IMG/VR virus record: IMGVR_UViG_3300011339_000278
Coordinates: 6,743-70,742 of that record
Length of the DNA stretch: 64,000 nt
Source of the DNA: a virus
Taxonomy: Duplodnaviria > Caudoviricetes
Reading direction: 5' to 3' (one strand)
The notes under the pieces are model-generated. The model did not search any database, was not told the DNA's origin, and saw nothing but the letters and a program-made list of their open reading frames with translations. This document shows positions 45,013 to 54,079 of the stretch, piece by piece (position 1 is the stretch's first letter; each line of letters starts with the position of its first letter). The position numbers and the translations under genes were made by a program.

Positions 45013-46833
45013 ATGAACGGCGGAATAGACCAACTTGTAGATACATATAAGGGTAATCCCCAACCCTTGCAGGCTAAGGTGCAGAAGGCACAACAGGGTC
45101 AGCCACCGGGTGAAATCCCTCCTGACTTGGAAGAAGCCATGGCGCTTCAAAAGATCGCTGAGTTGCGTAACAGTGCACAAAGCCAACAAGCTATGCAAGC
45201 GGGCGGTGCTCAACAATCCGTTGTAGAAAAGCTACGTCAGATGTTAGGCGGTATGCAGCAACAAGCGCAGATGGCTCCCCAGATGGCCCAAGCTCCTCAA
45301 CAAGGTCAAATGCAAGGTCAGCCCGTTATGGCGGCGGGTGGTGGCAGTATCGACCAACTTATGTCTAACCTTGGCCAATATTACGCAGGGGGCGGCATTG
45401 TTGCGTTTAACGGTAAAGACCAAAGCAAGGTTCCTACTGAAGAAGAACTTGAAGCCCAACGCAAAGCCGACAGAGAAAAAATTGATGCCCTTGCTAGAAC
45501 ATTGGGACAAACCGGTGGTGAGTACGCTGGTAAAAGTATGGCCGCCCTTGCAGATATTACGAGTTTGATTCCTCGTGGTTTAGCTGGCGCAGCTGATACG
45601 GCACTCATTCGTCCACTGCGTGCATTGGGCGCAAAGGTTGACTATTTAAGCCCCGCGTTAACCCCCGGCAACCAAAGTTCGGACACTATGACTCCGTTCT
45701 ATGATCGGTATATTCGCGCTAAAGAAGGGACTGCTCAAGATAAACCAACTCCGGCTTCAGATGTTCCCCTAGATTCAAAATCAGTACGTGGTGGTCGCAC
45801 CACAATGGCTAACGATCCACGTTTAGGTAAACTTGATGTAACTCCTACAGGTCCCGGCGCTCCAGCCGCGCCTGCTCCAAAACCTCCCGCTGCGCCTCGC
45901 CCACCCACTGCAAACGTTAATGCGCCAGCTGCTCCAGCCGCGCCAGCTAAGCCCGCTACTGAACCTACAAATCCTCTGGAAGCAGCGCTTCAAAAAAGCA
46001 TTATGGAAGCTCTAGCTAAAGACCCAGAAGCTATTCGTAAGAAAGCTATGGAGCAAAACAAAGAATTTATGGGCTTGGATGCGCTGTTAAAACCTGCGCA
46101 GGACCGCGCCTCTGCCCGCGAAGCAAGGATTAAAGAAATCCAAGGTAGCCGTCAACCGCTATGGATTGATGCGTTAATGTCTGCCGGTAAGCCTACCAAA
46201 GGCGGCATTGCAGGTGTTCTTCAGAATATGGCTGTTGGTGCTATATCTGGTAAACAGAACTACGACGCTGAAGACCTTAAGTTTCTTGATGAGCTTAACA
46301 AACTTAACTCCGAGATTGACAAGGCCAGAATTGAAGGTCGTTACAAAGACGTGGCGGCTGGCAAAGAAGCCGTTAAAGATCTTATTGCTGAACAGCGTTC
46401 AGCAGAGCAGTCTGGTACAAGTTTGCTTAATACAAAAGAGAACGCTAGAAGCCGTGAACAGTCTGCAAATATTGCAGCTCAAGCAAGGCGCGATGCTTCA
46501 GCCGCCGCTGCCGCTGCTTCCGCTCAGTCTGCCGCAGCGCAATTAGAAGAAAAAAGATTGCGTCGTCAACAGCAGCAACAACAATTCTTGGCGCAAGAAG
46601 AACGTAAGTGGCAAGATACTTTAAGCAAGAATCCTGACTATAAAAAGTTGGTAGACCAACGCTCCATGCAGGAACGCTTGCTGTATATGTCAACTGATCC
46701 TAAGATACAAGAAAAAGCTCAAGCAGCGGTTGATGCACTAAACGAAAGAATTGCAAAAATGTTGCCCACTGCGGGCGGCGGAACTGTTAATATTCCTCCT
46801 CCACCAAAAGGTGCTGTTACAAGGGTTGGATAA
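45013..46833 (+). CDS. Putative DNA-ejection protein
   Basis: 606 aa helical, Gln/Ala/Pro-rich. Confidence 0.65.
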   Translation: MNGGIDQLVDTYKGNPQPLQAKVQKAQQGQPPGEIPPDLEEAMALQKIAELRNSAQSQQAMQAGGAQQSVVEKLRQMLGGMQQQAQMAPQMAQAPQQGQMQGQPVMAAGGGSIDQLMSNLGQYYAGGGIVAFNGKDQSKVPTEEELEAQRKADREKIDALARTLGQTGGEYAGKSMAALADITSLIPRGLAGAADTALIRPLRALGAKVDYLSPALTPGNQSSDTMTPFYDRYIRAKEGTAQDKPTPASDVPLDSKSVRGGRTTMANDPRLGKLDVTPTGPGAPAAPAPKPPAAPRPPTANVNAPAAPAAPAKPATEPTNPLEAALQKSIMEALAKDPEAIRKKAMEQNKEFMGLDALLKPAQDRASAREARIKEIQGSRQPLWIDALMSAGKPTKGGIAGVLQNMAVGAISGKQNYDAEDLKFLDELNKLNSEIDKARIEGRYKDVAAGKEAVKDLIAEQRSAEQSGTSLLNTKENARSREQSANIAAQARRDASAAAAAASAQSAAAQLEEKRLRRQQQQQQFLAQEERKWQDTLSKNPDYKKLVDQRSMQERLLYMSTDPKIQEKAQAAVDALNERIAKMLPTAGGGTVNIPPPPKGAVTRVG

Positions 46834-49800
46834 TGGCTAAATTTGCTGTAAACGTTGAAGGCGCTAAATACGAAGTTGAAGCGCCGGATGAGAATACAGC
46901 GTGGCAGTGGGCATACACAACCCACATGCAGGGGCAAAGGCCCGCTTCTAAACCTGCCGCGCCTAAGATTCCAGAACGTACTTTTGGTGAAGCATTTACC
47001 GATATTGGTGCTGCTGGTCTTGGCGGTATTGGCAGTCTTGTTCAACTTCCCGGCCAACTCTATGGCCTAGCCACAGGCGACTTCTCTAAGACGGGCGCAT
47101 TGGGCGCTGGTCAAGAACTTGAAGAATATGCAAAAAGCCTAAAGTCGCAGTCACTGCTGGCTCGTGAAAAGGCTCGCTCTGAGAAGGTCGCGCAAGCAGA
47201 AAAAGAAGGTCAACTTGCCGCATTTAAAGCAGCTTTTGGTGAGACTGTTTCTGATCCAGCGCTGTTGACATCATTTTTAGCTGAGCAACTTCCACAGATT
47301 ATCCCTGCCGCTATCACAGGTGGCGGTACAGCCGCGCTTACTTCTGGTAGTGTTCTAGCCAAAGAGCTTGCTAAAGGCACGGCAAAAGAAGCCGCTGAAG
47401 CCGCCGCTAAGAAAGCCGCTATTAAATCTGGTACAACTGCCGCTGTTCAGACTGGTGCAGTGCAACAAGGCGCAGACATTGGCGCTGGCTCATACGACGA
47501 GATCTATGCAGAGTTGTCTAAGAGAATGCCCGCTGAACAAGCTGCGGCTGAGACAATTAATTTAGCCCGTGCTGCTGGTGTTACAGGTTATGGCTTATCT
47601 GTTTTAGCTAATCGTTTCTTGCCCGGTGGCAGTGCGCTTGAACGTGTACTTGCTGGTGAGAAAACAGGCAAGGGTATTATACGTGGCGGTGTTGCTGGTG
47701 CGCTTAAAGAACTTCCAAGCGAGAACGTGGAAGAAGTTGGTGGTCGCCTTGCGCAAAACATTGCGGCCCGCACCGCTGGCCTTGATCGTGACCTAACTTC
47801 AGGCTTAGGCGAAACTGCGGCTATGGCATCAATTGGTGCGGCTGGCATGGGCGGGGTAACTGGCATCGTTGGTGGCCGTCAATCAGATCAACAAATACGT
47901 GATGAAGTATTAAGACAAGAAGCGCTTAAGCAACGCGAAGAGGAACAGCAGAAGCAAGAAGCAGAAACCGCCATCACAGAAGAAGTTAAGACTGAACCTG
48001 AGAAAAAAGGTAAGCCTTCAATTGTTGGCACTGAGTTTGAAGAAGTTGCGCCCGGCACTGTGATTGAAACGCCACCAGTAGACATAGCTGAAGTACAGCG
48101 CGATCCAAAGATCATGGCGATGCAAGCTGAGTATGACAAGCGCGATGCTGAGATCAAAGAGTTAGAGTCGCGTGGCATGAGCCTCACAAAAGGTGAGCAA
48201 AACAAACTTACTAATAAGCGCAATTCAAACGCAAAACTTAAAGTGAGTATTGACGATGCGTTATCCACGATCAGCCCGAAGGGAGCGGAAGATGCTACAG
48301 GAACTCTCGGTGAAACAGCTGGAGCGAGCACTGCGTTATCTACACAACCAGCCGTCATCGTTCCCCCCACCGCAGGAGCTGGAGAAGCTCAACGAAATGG
48401 AGTGGTTTCTACTGGAGCGGATGTTACAGGCACTGCTGAAGGAAAAGGAACAAAGCCCGCTCCAATAGCCACAGAAGCTCAAGTACGCGCGCTTACAGAC
48501 AAAGACTTAAATGACAAGCTAACCGACCAAATGATGTTTGGTGGTGATGATGTTGAATATAAACTTTTAAAAGACGAACAACTACGTCGTAAAACTACTC
48601 AATCAGCAGGAGCACCACTTGGCACTCAAACCCCTCAAGCCCAGCAAACAGAAGCGCAAGGACAAAAACCACCCGCAGCCCCAACAGTAAAGACTGCCAT
48701 CCAAGAAGATGAAGACTTAATCAATAAACTCTTTGGGGATGATGGTCTTCCTTCAGCCGGTTCAGCGCGTCGTACTAAAGCACAAATTGAAAAAGACAAA
48801 CAGGATGCCGCGCAACTTGCCGAACTTGGTCAGCGTTATGGTTTAACGCAACGTGATGGTGAATTACAGCAAGACTTTGGTCAGCGTATCCGTAAAGCTT
48901 ACGCGTTTGAAAAAGAACGCCAAGGCAAACCACTCTCTGCTATGGGTGAGCAGGACATTGCCGGTCAAGAATTAAAAGAAGAACAAGGCTACTTCCCATC
49001 ACAAGAAGAACGTGACTTGTATGAAGAAACTCGTCAAGACTACAACTCTAAGCTTGAAAAAGGCGAAGAGCCGCTACCCGCTTATAAAGAACTAGGCAAT
49101 GATGAACGCCTTGTTTATTTCCGCGACAACATTAAACGAAATGATCAAACAGAACACGATAGAGCGGTTAAAGATTTAGCTGACTATCGCGAGTCACAAA
49201 AAAGCGAAGTTGAAACATACCAAGTACGTGACAAAAAAACGAATGAACCTCTGTTTAATGAAGACGGAACTCCATTAATGGTTAAAGCTCCGTTTGTGGG
49301 CGAGACCAAAGCGCGTAGAAGTTACAACCAACAACGTAGCGCATTCAGTCAAAAGACTGGGCTTTCGTATGAGTTTCCTATTTGGGGCGATTTGTCTACA
49401 GAAGCTCGTAAAGCCTACGCAGCTTTTAACAAAAAAGATTCTCCTCTTGAGTTAGACATGGCGTTCCGTGCCGTAAAGAAACAAATTCAAAAAGATCTAT
49501 CGGAACAAACTTCGCGTGAAGGTTTGCAAGCCGCGGAAAGCCGTGCAACACAAGAAATGCTTGCCGCTGGTGAACGTGCGCGTAAATCACAACCTGCTGG
49601 TAAAGGGCAGGTGCTGCCGCTTGATATTCTGAAGAAGCTTGCGCGGGGTGACATTAAATCTGTACTGGAGTATTTGAGTACACAAGGGCATGGTCTGAAG
49701 CTTAAGCGCGGCTACGATCTAGTACCGTTTACAGGAGTTAATGGTAAGACGGTTTTGCGGCGTGGCGTTGTTAATATTCGTGATTCAGTTGCAATGGGCG

Positions 49801-52800
49801 TTTTCCGCACATTGGCTGGTACTTTATCCAACATTGCCGACCTCAAAGTAAATGTTGTGTTCGATAAGAACATGATACATGAGCAAATTGCCAAGTACGA
49901 CGCCAACACAAATACTTTGTATGTTGGTCCATACGGTTTGGATGAAGCTACGATCTTGCACGAGCTAACCCATGCCGCTACTGTAAAGATCATTCATCAG
50001 TTCTTCACTGATAAAACAAAACTTGACCCGCGTGTAGCGGCGTCTGTTGAACGCCTGATTGATATTGCCAGCGCCGCCAAAGCCAAGCTCGGCAGTAAGT
50101 ACCCCAATGCGTTTGACAACCTGTACGAGTTCATTGCTTATGCGATGACTGATATGGAGTTCCAGAACGAACTAGCTGGTATTCAGATTCCTCGTCTAGC
50201 GTACGCTACGGCAAAGACGCAAGAGCAGTCTGAAGAATTGCAGCTTGAGCGTGAGACCGGTGTGCGCGAAGGCTCGTATGACAGCATGTTTGATAACCTG
50301 TGGGATTACTTCACAGGCACTCTTGCGTTCATGTACAAGTTGTTCCGTCCAGAACAAACGCGCCAAAAGATTTTAATGCCAACTGAGAAGACCGGCACTC
50401 CTCAGAAAGCTACCAAAGAAAAGACTATTGCACCAAGAGAGCAAAAAGAAAAACGAGAGTTGGATCTCGCCGAAAAAGAAGCGCTTGCGCCTGAGTCTTT
50501 GTTTGACAGTCCTGAAGAAGCTGATGTAGCTGAAATTCCTCCGCTGAAGGGTGAATTGGTCAACGAGCGTGGCGTAACAAACCTACGCCGTGAAATTCTA
50601 CGTTCCCCCGGTTATAAAGGTAACTTGCTGTTAGAAGCTGCCGCAGCTTTCCAAAATATTCTTGCCGCACCTGAAGGTGGTATTGAGCGCCTTGCCGGTA
50701 AAGAAACAATTGGTGAAGCAGCTGAGTTGTCTGCAAAAGCCAAAGAAGCCGCTGGCACTACACAAAAACCAACCACACAAAAAGCTCCAGCTAAAGTTGA
50801 CGTTACTACAGAAGAAGCGATCAAACGTAATGAACTGCCTGAGACAAGCGGTATTAATGCGTTGCGCAAACTGTTCACAACACGTCAAGGTGGTATGAAC
50901 TTGGTGACTAAGTTTCAAAATGCTCGTTATGCGATCAAGAGCTGGGAAGATGGTTTGACCCGTGCCGGTAAGATTATTTATAGCGGAAGCAAACTAAACA
51001 ACATCTATACGCAGATTGCCTTAGCCGCTTCTCGCGCCAAAGACTTGTACCTGACCAGAGTCAATACTCCTGCAAGTGATATGCAGAGTGCCATCGGTGC
51101 GTATGCCGAGGCTTCTGGTTTGACTTCTAAAGAAGCGACCGAGCGTTTACATGTATACCTGATGGGTCTGCACGAGGGTGAACGTCGTGATGTGAAGTAC
51201 ATGTTGAACGTGCCACTGAGCAACGACAAGATTTTGAAGATTGGTAATGAAATCTTAAGTCCCGCTGAGTTCCGTGAGCGCATCATGGATGAAGTGTTGT
51301 CTGGCACATTAAACAAGACTCAGATTGAAACTGCCCGCACTGCATTAGATAATGTTGTGGCTAAGTACAAAGACCCAACCGGTTCAAGCCCAAATGGTTA
51401 TAAATCTGTTGATCGTAACAACGAAGAATACAACGTCATCGGTGGTTACACACCCAAGTCCATTCAGAACTTCCGCGACTCTTATGAAAATGATCCTAAC
51501 AAAAAGGAAGTAGACAAAGTTATTGCCGCTATGCGCAAGTTGCAAGATGCAACAAGAGAGTTAAACAAAGAGGCTAACTACTGGTCAGCGCCCGTGCAAA
51601 GTATTGTGGACTTTTACGGCTGGAAAAACTATGTGCCTTTTGCCGGTAAAGAAAAGTACACCAACGATGCTGATGCCGCGCTTGATTTTAACAGCAAACG
51701 CAATGGTCGTGAACTGCAAGAAGGTCAGAACTCTTTTGAAGGTCGTGAAACTGACTCCGATAACTCTATTGTTCAATCGTTGACTGATGCAACGCGTGCC
51801 GCTATGCGTGCTGGTCGTAGGGATGTGACGCTTGCAATTAAAAACGCTGTGGCTAAAGATAAAGATGGCAATCAATTACTCAAAGGTCGTATCTTCAAAA
51901 CAATTCCATTTGCAGATCGTTACAAAGACCTGAACATTGGCGAAGAGAAGAAAGAAAACGTCATTTTCCATTACAACAAGGATGGCAGTATTGATGTGAT
52001 TGAGATTTTTGATAAGGCGCAACGTAACGCTATTCGCCGCACGTACGAGCAGTCTCAACCAATCATTGATATGCTGAACCACATCACTAGCGGTGTGGGT
52101 CAAATGCACACTCGTTACAACATTGCGTTTGCGCCAGTTAACTTCTTCCGTGATGCTCTGACTAACGCATACTCAATTGGTGTTGAGATGGGTCCAAAAG
52201 CTTCGGCGCAATACCTTGGTGCTATTGCTACAAATGTAGCAAGCGGTGGCTTGTTCCGTGCCGCCAAAGTTGCCGCGCTGTATGAGGCAGGTAAGTTTGA
52301 CCAAATCAGAGCGATGGCTAAGAAGAATGATTATGTACGCGACATGCTTGAGTTCATTGAGCAGGGCGGCAAAGTGTCATATCTTGCTGGTCTTTCTTCT
52401 AAGGGTCAGTTTAAAGAATTGCAGAAGTCGCTTGACCGTACCGGCATCTTGAAGACTAAGGACCAGATCGACAAGTTTGTTGACATCTACACTGATATGT
52501 TTGAATTGGCAAGCCGCACTGCGGCGTATCGTGTTGCCAAGTCACAGGCATTGGCAGAAAATCTTTCCCCTGCTGATGCACAAGTCAAAGCCGCTGGTTA
52601 CGCTAAAGGTCTTGCCAACTTTGAACAGGTTGGTGAGTGGGGCCGTGCCGCTGGTGCGGCGTTCATGTTCTTCCGTCCAGCCGCTACTGGCGCTGTCAGG
52701 GCTATTGAAACATTAGGCCCAATGCTACGTGATCCACAAGAAGCTTTAAAAGAACTACCTGAGTACATTCAAAAAGACAAAGTGGCTAGCGCTGAGTTCT

Positions 52801-53858
52801 TGAAAAAATACAACGAGCAAAAGAAGGCCGCTACTGCAATGACCTTGGGCTTGCTTGGCATGGGCAGTGCAATCTATCTGATGTCTATGGCATTGTCTGA
52901 CGATGATGATCTAGGTCGCAACCGCTCCGCTATTGATGATCCAAACCGCTGGTCACGCTATGCCCGCTTCCATATTCCCGGAATGGACACACCAATCCAA
53001 ATTCCTTGGGGTTTTGGCCTTGGCGCATTTGCATCCGCTGGCGCACAGGTTACAGCGTTGGCTACAGGCAACTCATCCGTTAAGAATGCTCTGAGCAATA
53101 TCGTTGTGACAGGCTTGGATTCGTTCTTGCCGCTGCCGGTCTCGCGCATTAGTCCGATAGACAACTTCCCAGCATGGGCGATGGATTCTGCAACGCCTTC
53201 CGTTGCGCGTCCGTTCCTTGAGTGGGTGATGAACGTTGATGGTCTGGGTCGTGAGATCTATAACAACCGTCAGTCACGCTACGGCGATGCTTACACAGGT
53301 GGCGACAACATCCCTGAGTTGTATAAGTCTGCCGCACGTACTTTGGCTGAAATCACAGACGGCAAGGTGGACTGGAGTCCAAACACAATGTACTTCTTCG
53401 CCAATAACTACGGCGATGGACTGATGCGTTTGGCTCAAACTGGATATAACTACGGTCTGCTGGCGGCTGGTGAAAAGGCATTCAATCCTAAGACTGATAC
53501 CGTGCTGTTTGATAGCTTCTTTGGCGCACCGTCAAACTACGATGCACGGCAGTTCTCAGAGGTTGAGAAACAGATTTTGTCTAAACAACAAAAACTCAAC
53601 ATGTTTAAGGATTCAAACCCAGAAGCGTATGCCCGATACGTTGAGAAGAATCCAATGGACGAATACATAGTTGAGCACTACAACAAAGTAATCAACCAAG
53701 ACTTGAAAAAGTTGCGGGAAGAGGCAAACATTTACCGCCGTATGCCGGGCCTAACTCCCAAAGAACGCACGGAAGCTGTTAAGAATGTTGTCAAGTTCCA
53801 GAACTTAGTCAAGCGTGGGATCATAGAAGACTTTGAAATGATGGGTGTTGAACCCTAA
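46833..53858 (+). CDS. Giant internal virion/ejection protein (large polyvalent-type) with HExxH module and LPD38-like C-terminus
   Basis: 2341 aa; Gly/Ala-rich N-terminus; HELTH at 49959-49973; C-terminal membrane-like region. Confidence 0.8.
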   Translation: MAKFAVNVEGAKYEVEAPDENTAWQWAYTTHMQGQRPASKPAAPKIPERTFGEAFTDIGAAGLGGIGSLVQLPGQLYGLATGDFSKTGALGAGQELEEYAKSLKSQSLLAREKARSEKVAQAEKEGQLAAFKAAFGETVSDPALLTSFLAEQLPQIIPAAITGGGTAALTSGSVLAKELAKGTAKEAAEAAAKKAAIKSGTTAAVQTGAVQQGADIGAGSYDEIYAELSKRMPAEQAAAETINLARAAGVTGYGLSVLANRFLPGGSALERVLAGEKTGKGIIRGGVAGALKELPSENVEEVGGRLAQNIAARTAGLDRDLTSGLGETAAMASIGAAGMGGVTGIVGGRQSDQQIRDEVLRQEALKQREEEQQKQEAETAITEEVKTEPEKKGKPSIVGTEFEEVAPGTVIETPPVDIAEVQRDPKIMAMQAEYDKRDAEIKELESRGMSLTKGEQNKLTNKRNSNAKLKVSIDDALSTISPKGAEDATGTLGETAGASTALSTQPAVIVPPTAGAGEAQRNGVVSTGADVTGTAEGKGTKPAPIATEAQVRALTDKDLNDKLTDQMMFGGDDVEYKLLKDEQLRRKTTQSAGAPLGTQTPQAQQTEAQGQKPPAAPTVKTAIQEDEDLINKLFGDDGLPSAGSARRTKAQIEKDKQDAAQLAELGQRYGLTQRDGELQQDFGQRIRKAYAFEKERQGKPLSAMGEQDIAGQELKEEQGYFPSQEERDLYEETRQDYNSKLEKGEEPLPAYKELGNDERLVYFRDNIKRNDQTEHDRAVKDLADYRESQKSEVETYQVRDKKTNEPLFNEDGTPLMVKAPFVGETKARRSYNQQRSAFSQKTGLSYEFPIWGDLSTEARKAYAAFNKKDSPLELDMAFRAVKKQIQKDLSEQTSREGLQAAESRATQEMLAAGERARKSQPAGKGQVLPLDILKKLARGDIKSVLEYLSTQGHGLKLKRGYDLVPFTGVNGKTVLRRGVVNIRDSVAMGVFRTLAGTLSNIADLKVNVVFDKNMIHEQIAKYDANTNTLYVGPYGLDEATILHELTHAATVKIIHQFFTDKTKLDPRVAASVERLIDIASAAKAKLGSKYPNAFDNLYEFIAYAMTDMEFQNELAGIQIPRLAYATAKTQEQSEELQLERETGVREGSYDSMFDNLWDYFTGTLAFMYKLFRPEQTRQKILMPTEKTGTPQKATKEKTIAPREQKEKRELDLAEKEALAPESLFDSPEEADVAEIPPLKGELVNERGVTNLRREILRSPGYKGNLLLEAAAAFQNILAAPEGGIERLAGKETIGEAAELSAKAKEAAGTTQKPTTQKAPAKVDVTTEEAIKRNELPETSGINALRKLFTTRQGGMNLVTKFQNARYAIKSWEDGLTRAGKIIYSGSKLNNIYTQIALAASRAKDLYLTRVNTPASDMQSAIGAYAEASGLTSKEATERLHVYLMGLHEGERRDVKYMLNVPLSNDKILKIGNEILSPAEFRERIMDEVLSGTLNKTQIETARTALDNVVAKYKDPTGSSPNGYKSVDRNNEEYNVIGGYTPKSIQNFRDSYENDPNKKEVDKVIAAMRKLQDATRELNKEANYWSAPVQSIVDFYGWKNYVPFAGKEKYTNDADAALDFNSKRNGRELQEGQNSFEGRETDSDNSIVQSLTDATRAAMRAGRRDVTLAIKNAVAKDKDGNQLLKGRIFKTIPFADRYKDLNIGEEKKENVIFHYNKDGSIDVIEIFDKAQRNAIRRTYEQSQPIIDMLNHITSGVGQMHTRYNIAFAPVNFFRDALTNAYSIGVEMGPKASAQYLGAIATNVASGGLFRAAKVAALYEAGKFDQIRAMAKKNDYVRDMLEFIEQGGKVSYLAGLSSKGQFKELQKSLDRTGILKTKDQIDKFVDIYTDMFELASRTAAYRVAKSQALAENLSPADAQVKAAGYAKGLANFEQVGEWGRAAGAAFMFFRPAATGAVRAIETLGPMLRDPQEALKELPEYIQKDKVASAEFLKKYNEQKKAATAMTLGLLGMGSAIYLMSMALSDDDDLGRNRSAIDDPNRWSRYARFHIPGMDTPIQIPWGFGLGAFASAGAQVTALATGNSSVKNALSNIVVTGLDSFLPLPVSRISPIDNFPAWAMDSATPSVARPFLEWVMNVDGLGREIYNNRQSRYGDAYTGGDNIPELYKSAARTLAEITDGKVDWSPNTMYFFANNYGDGLMRLAQTGYNYGLLAAGEKAFNPKTDTVLFDSFFGAPSNYDARQFSEVEKQILSKQQKLNMFKDSNPEAYARYVEKNPMDEYIVEHYNKVINQDLKKLREEANIYRRMPGLTPKERTEAVKNVVKFQNLVKRGIIEDFEMMGVEP
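48292..48468 (+). CDS. Candidate overprinted 58-aa gene in +1 frame of giant gene
   Basis: AAGGGAG SD 6-7 nt before ATG; amphipathic helical product; host frame is low-complexity here. Confidence 0.5.
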   Translation: MLQELSVKQLERALRYLHNQPSSFPPPQELEKLNEMEWFLLERMLQALLKEKEQSPLQ

Positions 53859-54079
53859 CCCATACGCCAAGCACGAACACCGAGGACGCCGTTCTCGGTG
53901 CAAGTGAAGGTCTTCATTTTTATTCCGACTTTCTTAGACGTTGTGTCTATGATGTAGCCCATGTATGCAGGGCGCATAGTTGGGATAAAGAAACTCTCCC
54001 CCACAAGCATGTACTCGTAGGGGAAAAGCCACTCAGGCTCATCAAGTGGAGCCGCCTCACTCGGTAGTTTCTTGCTCAT
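53855..54079 (-). CDS. Small conserved phage protein
   Basis: FP...M.VGESFF...G.R.WR pattern; stop overlaps the giant gene stop. Confidence 0.75.
   Translation of the reverse strand: MSKKLPSEAAPLDEPEWLFPYEYMLVGESFFIPTMRPAYMGYIIDTTSKKVGIKMKTFTCTENGVLGVRAWRMG

Noticed and set aside
48261-48269. DnaA-box-like TTATCCACG
   Set aside because: Single imperfect copy inside coding sequence; compatible with chance.
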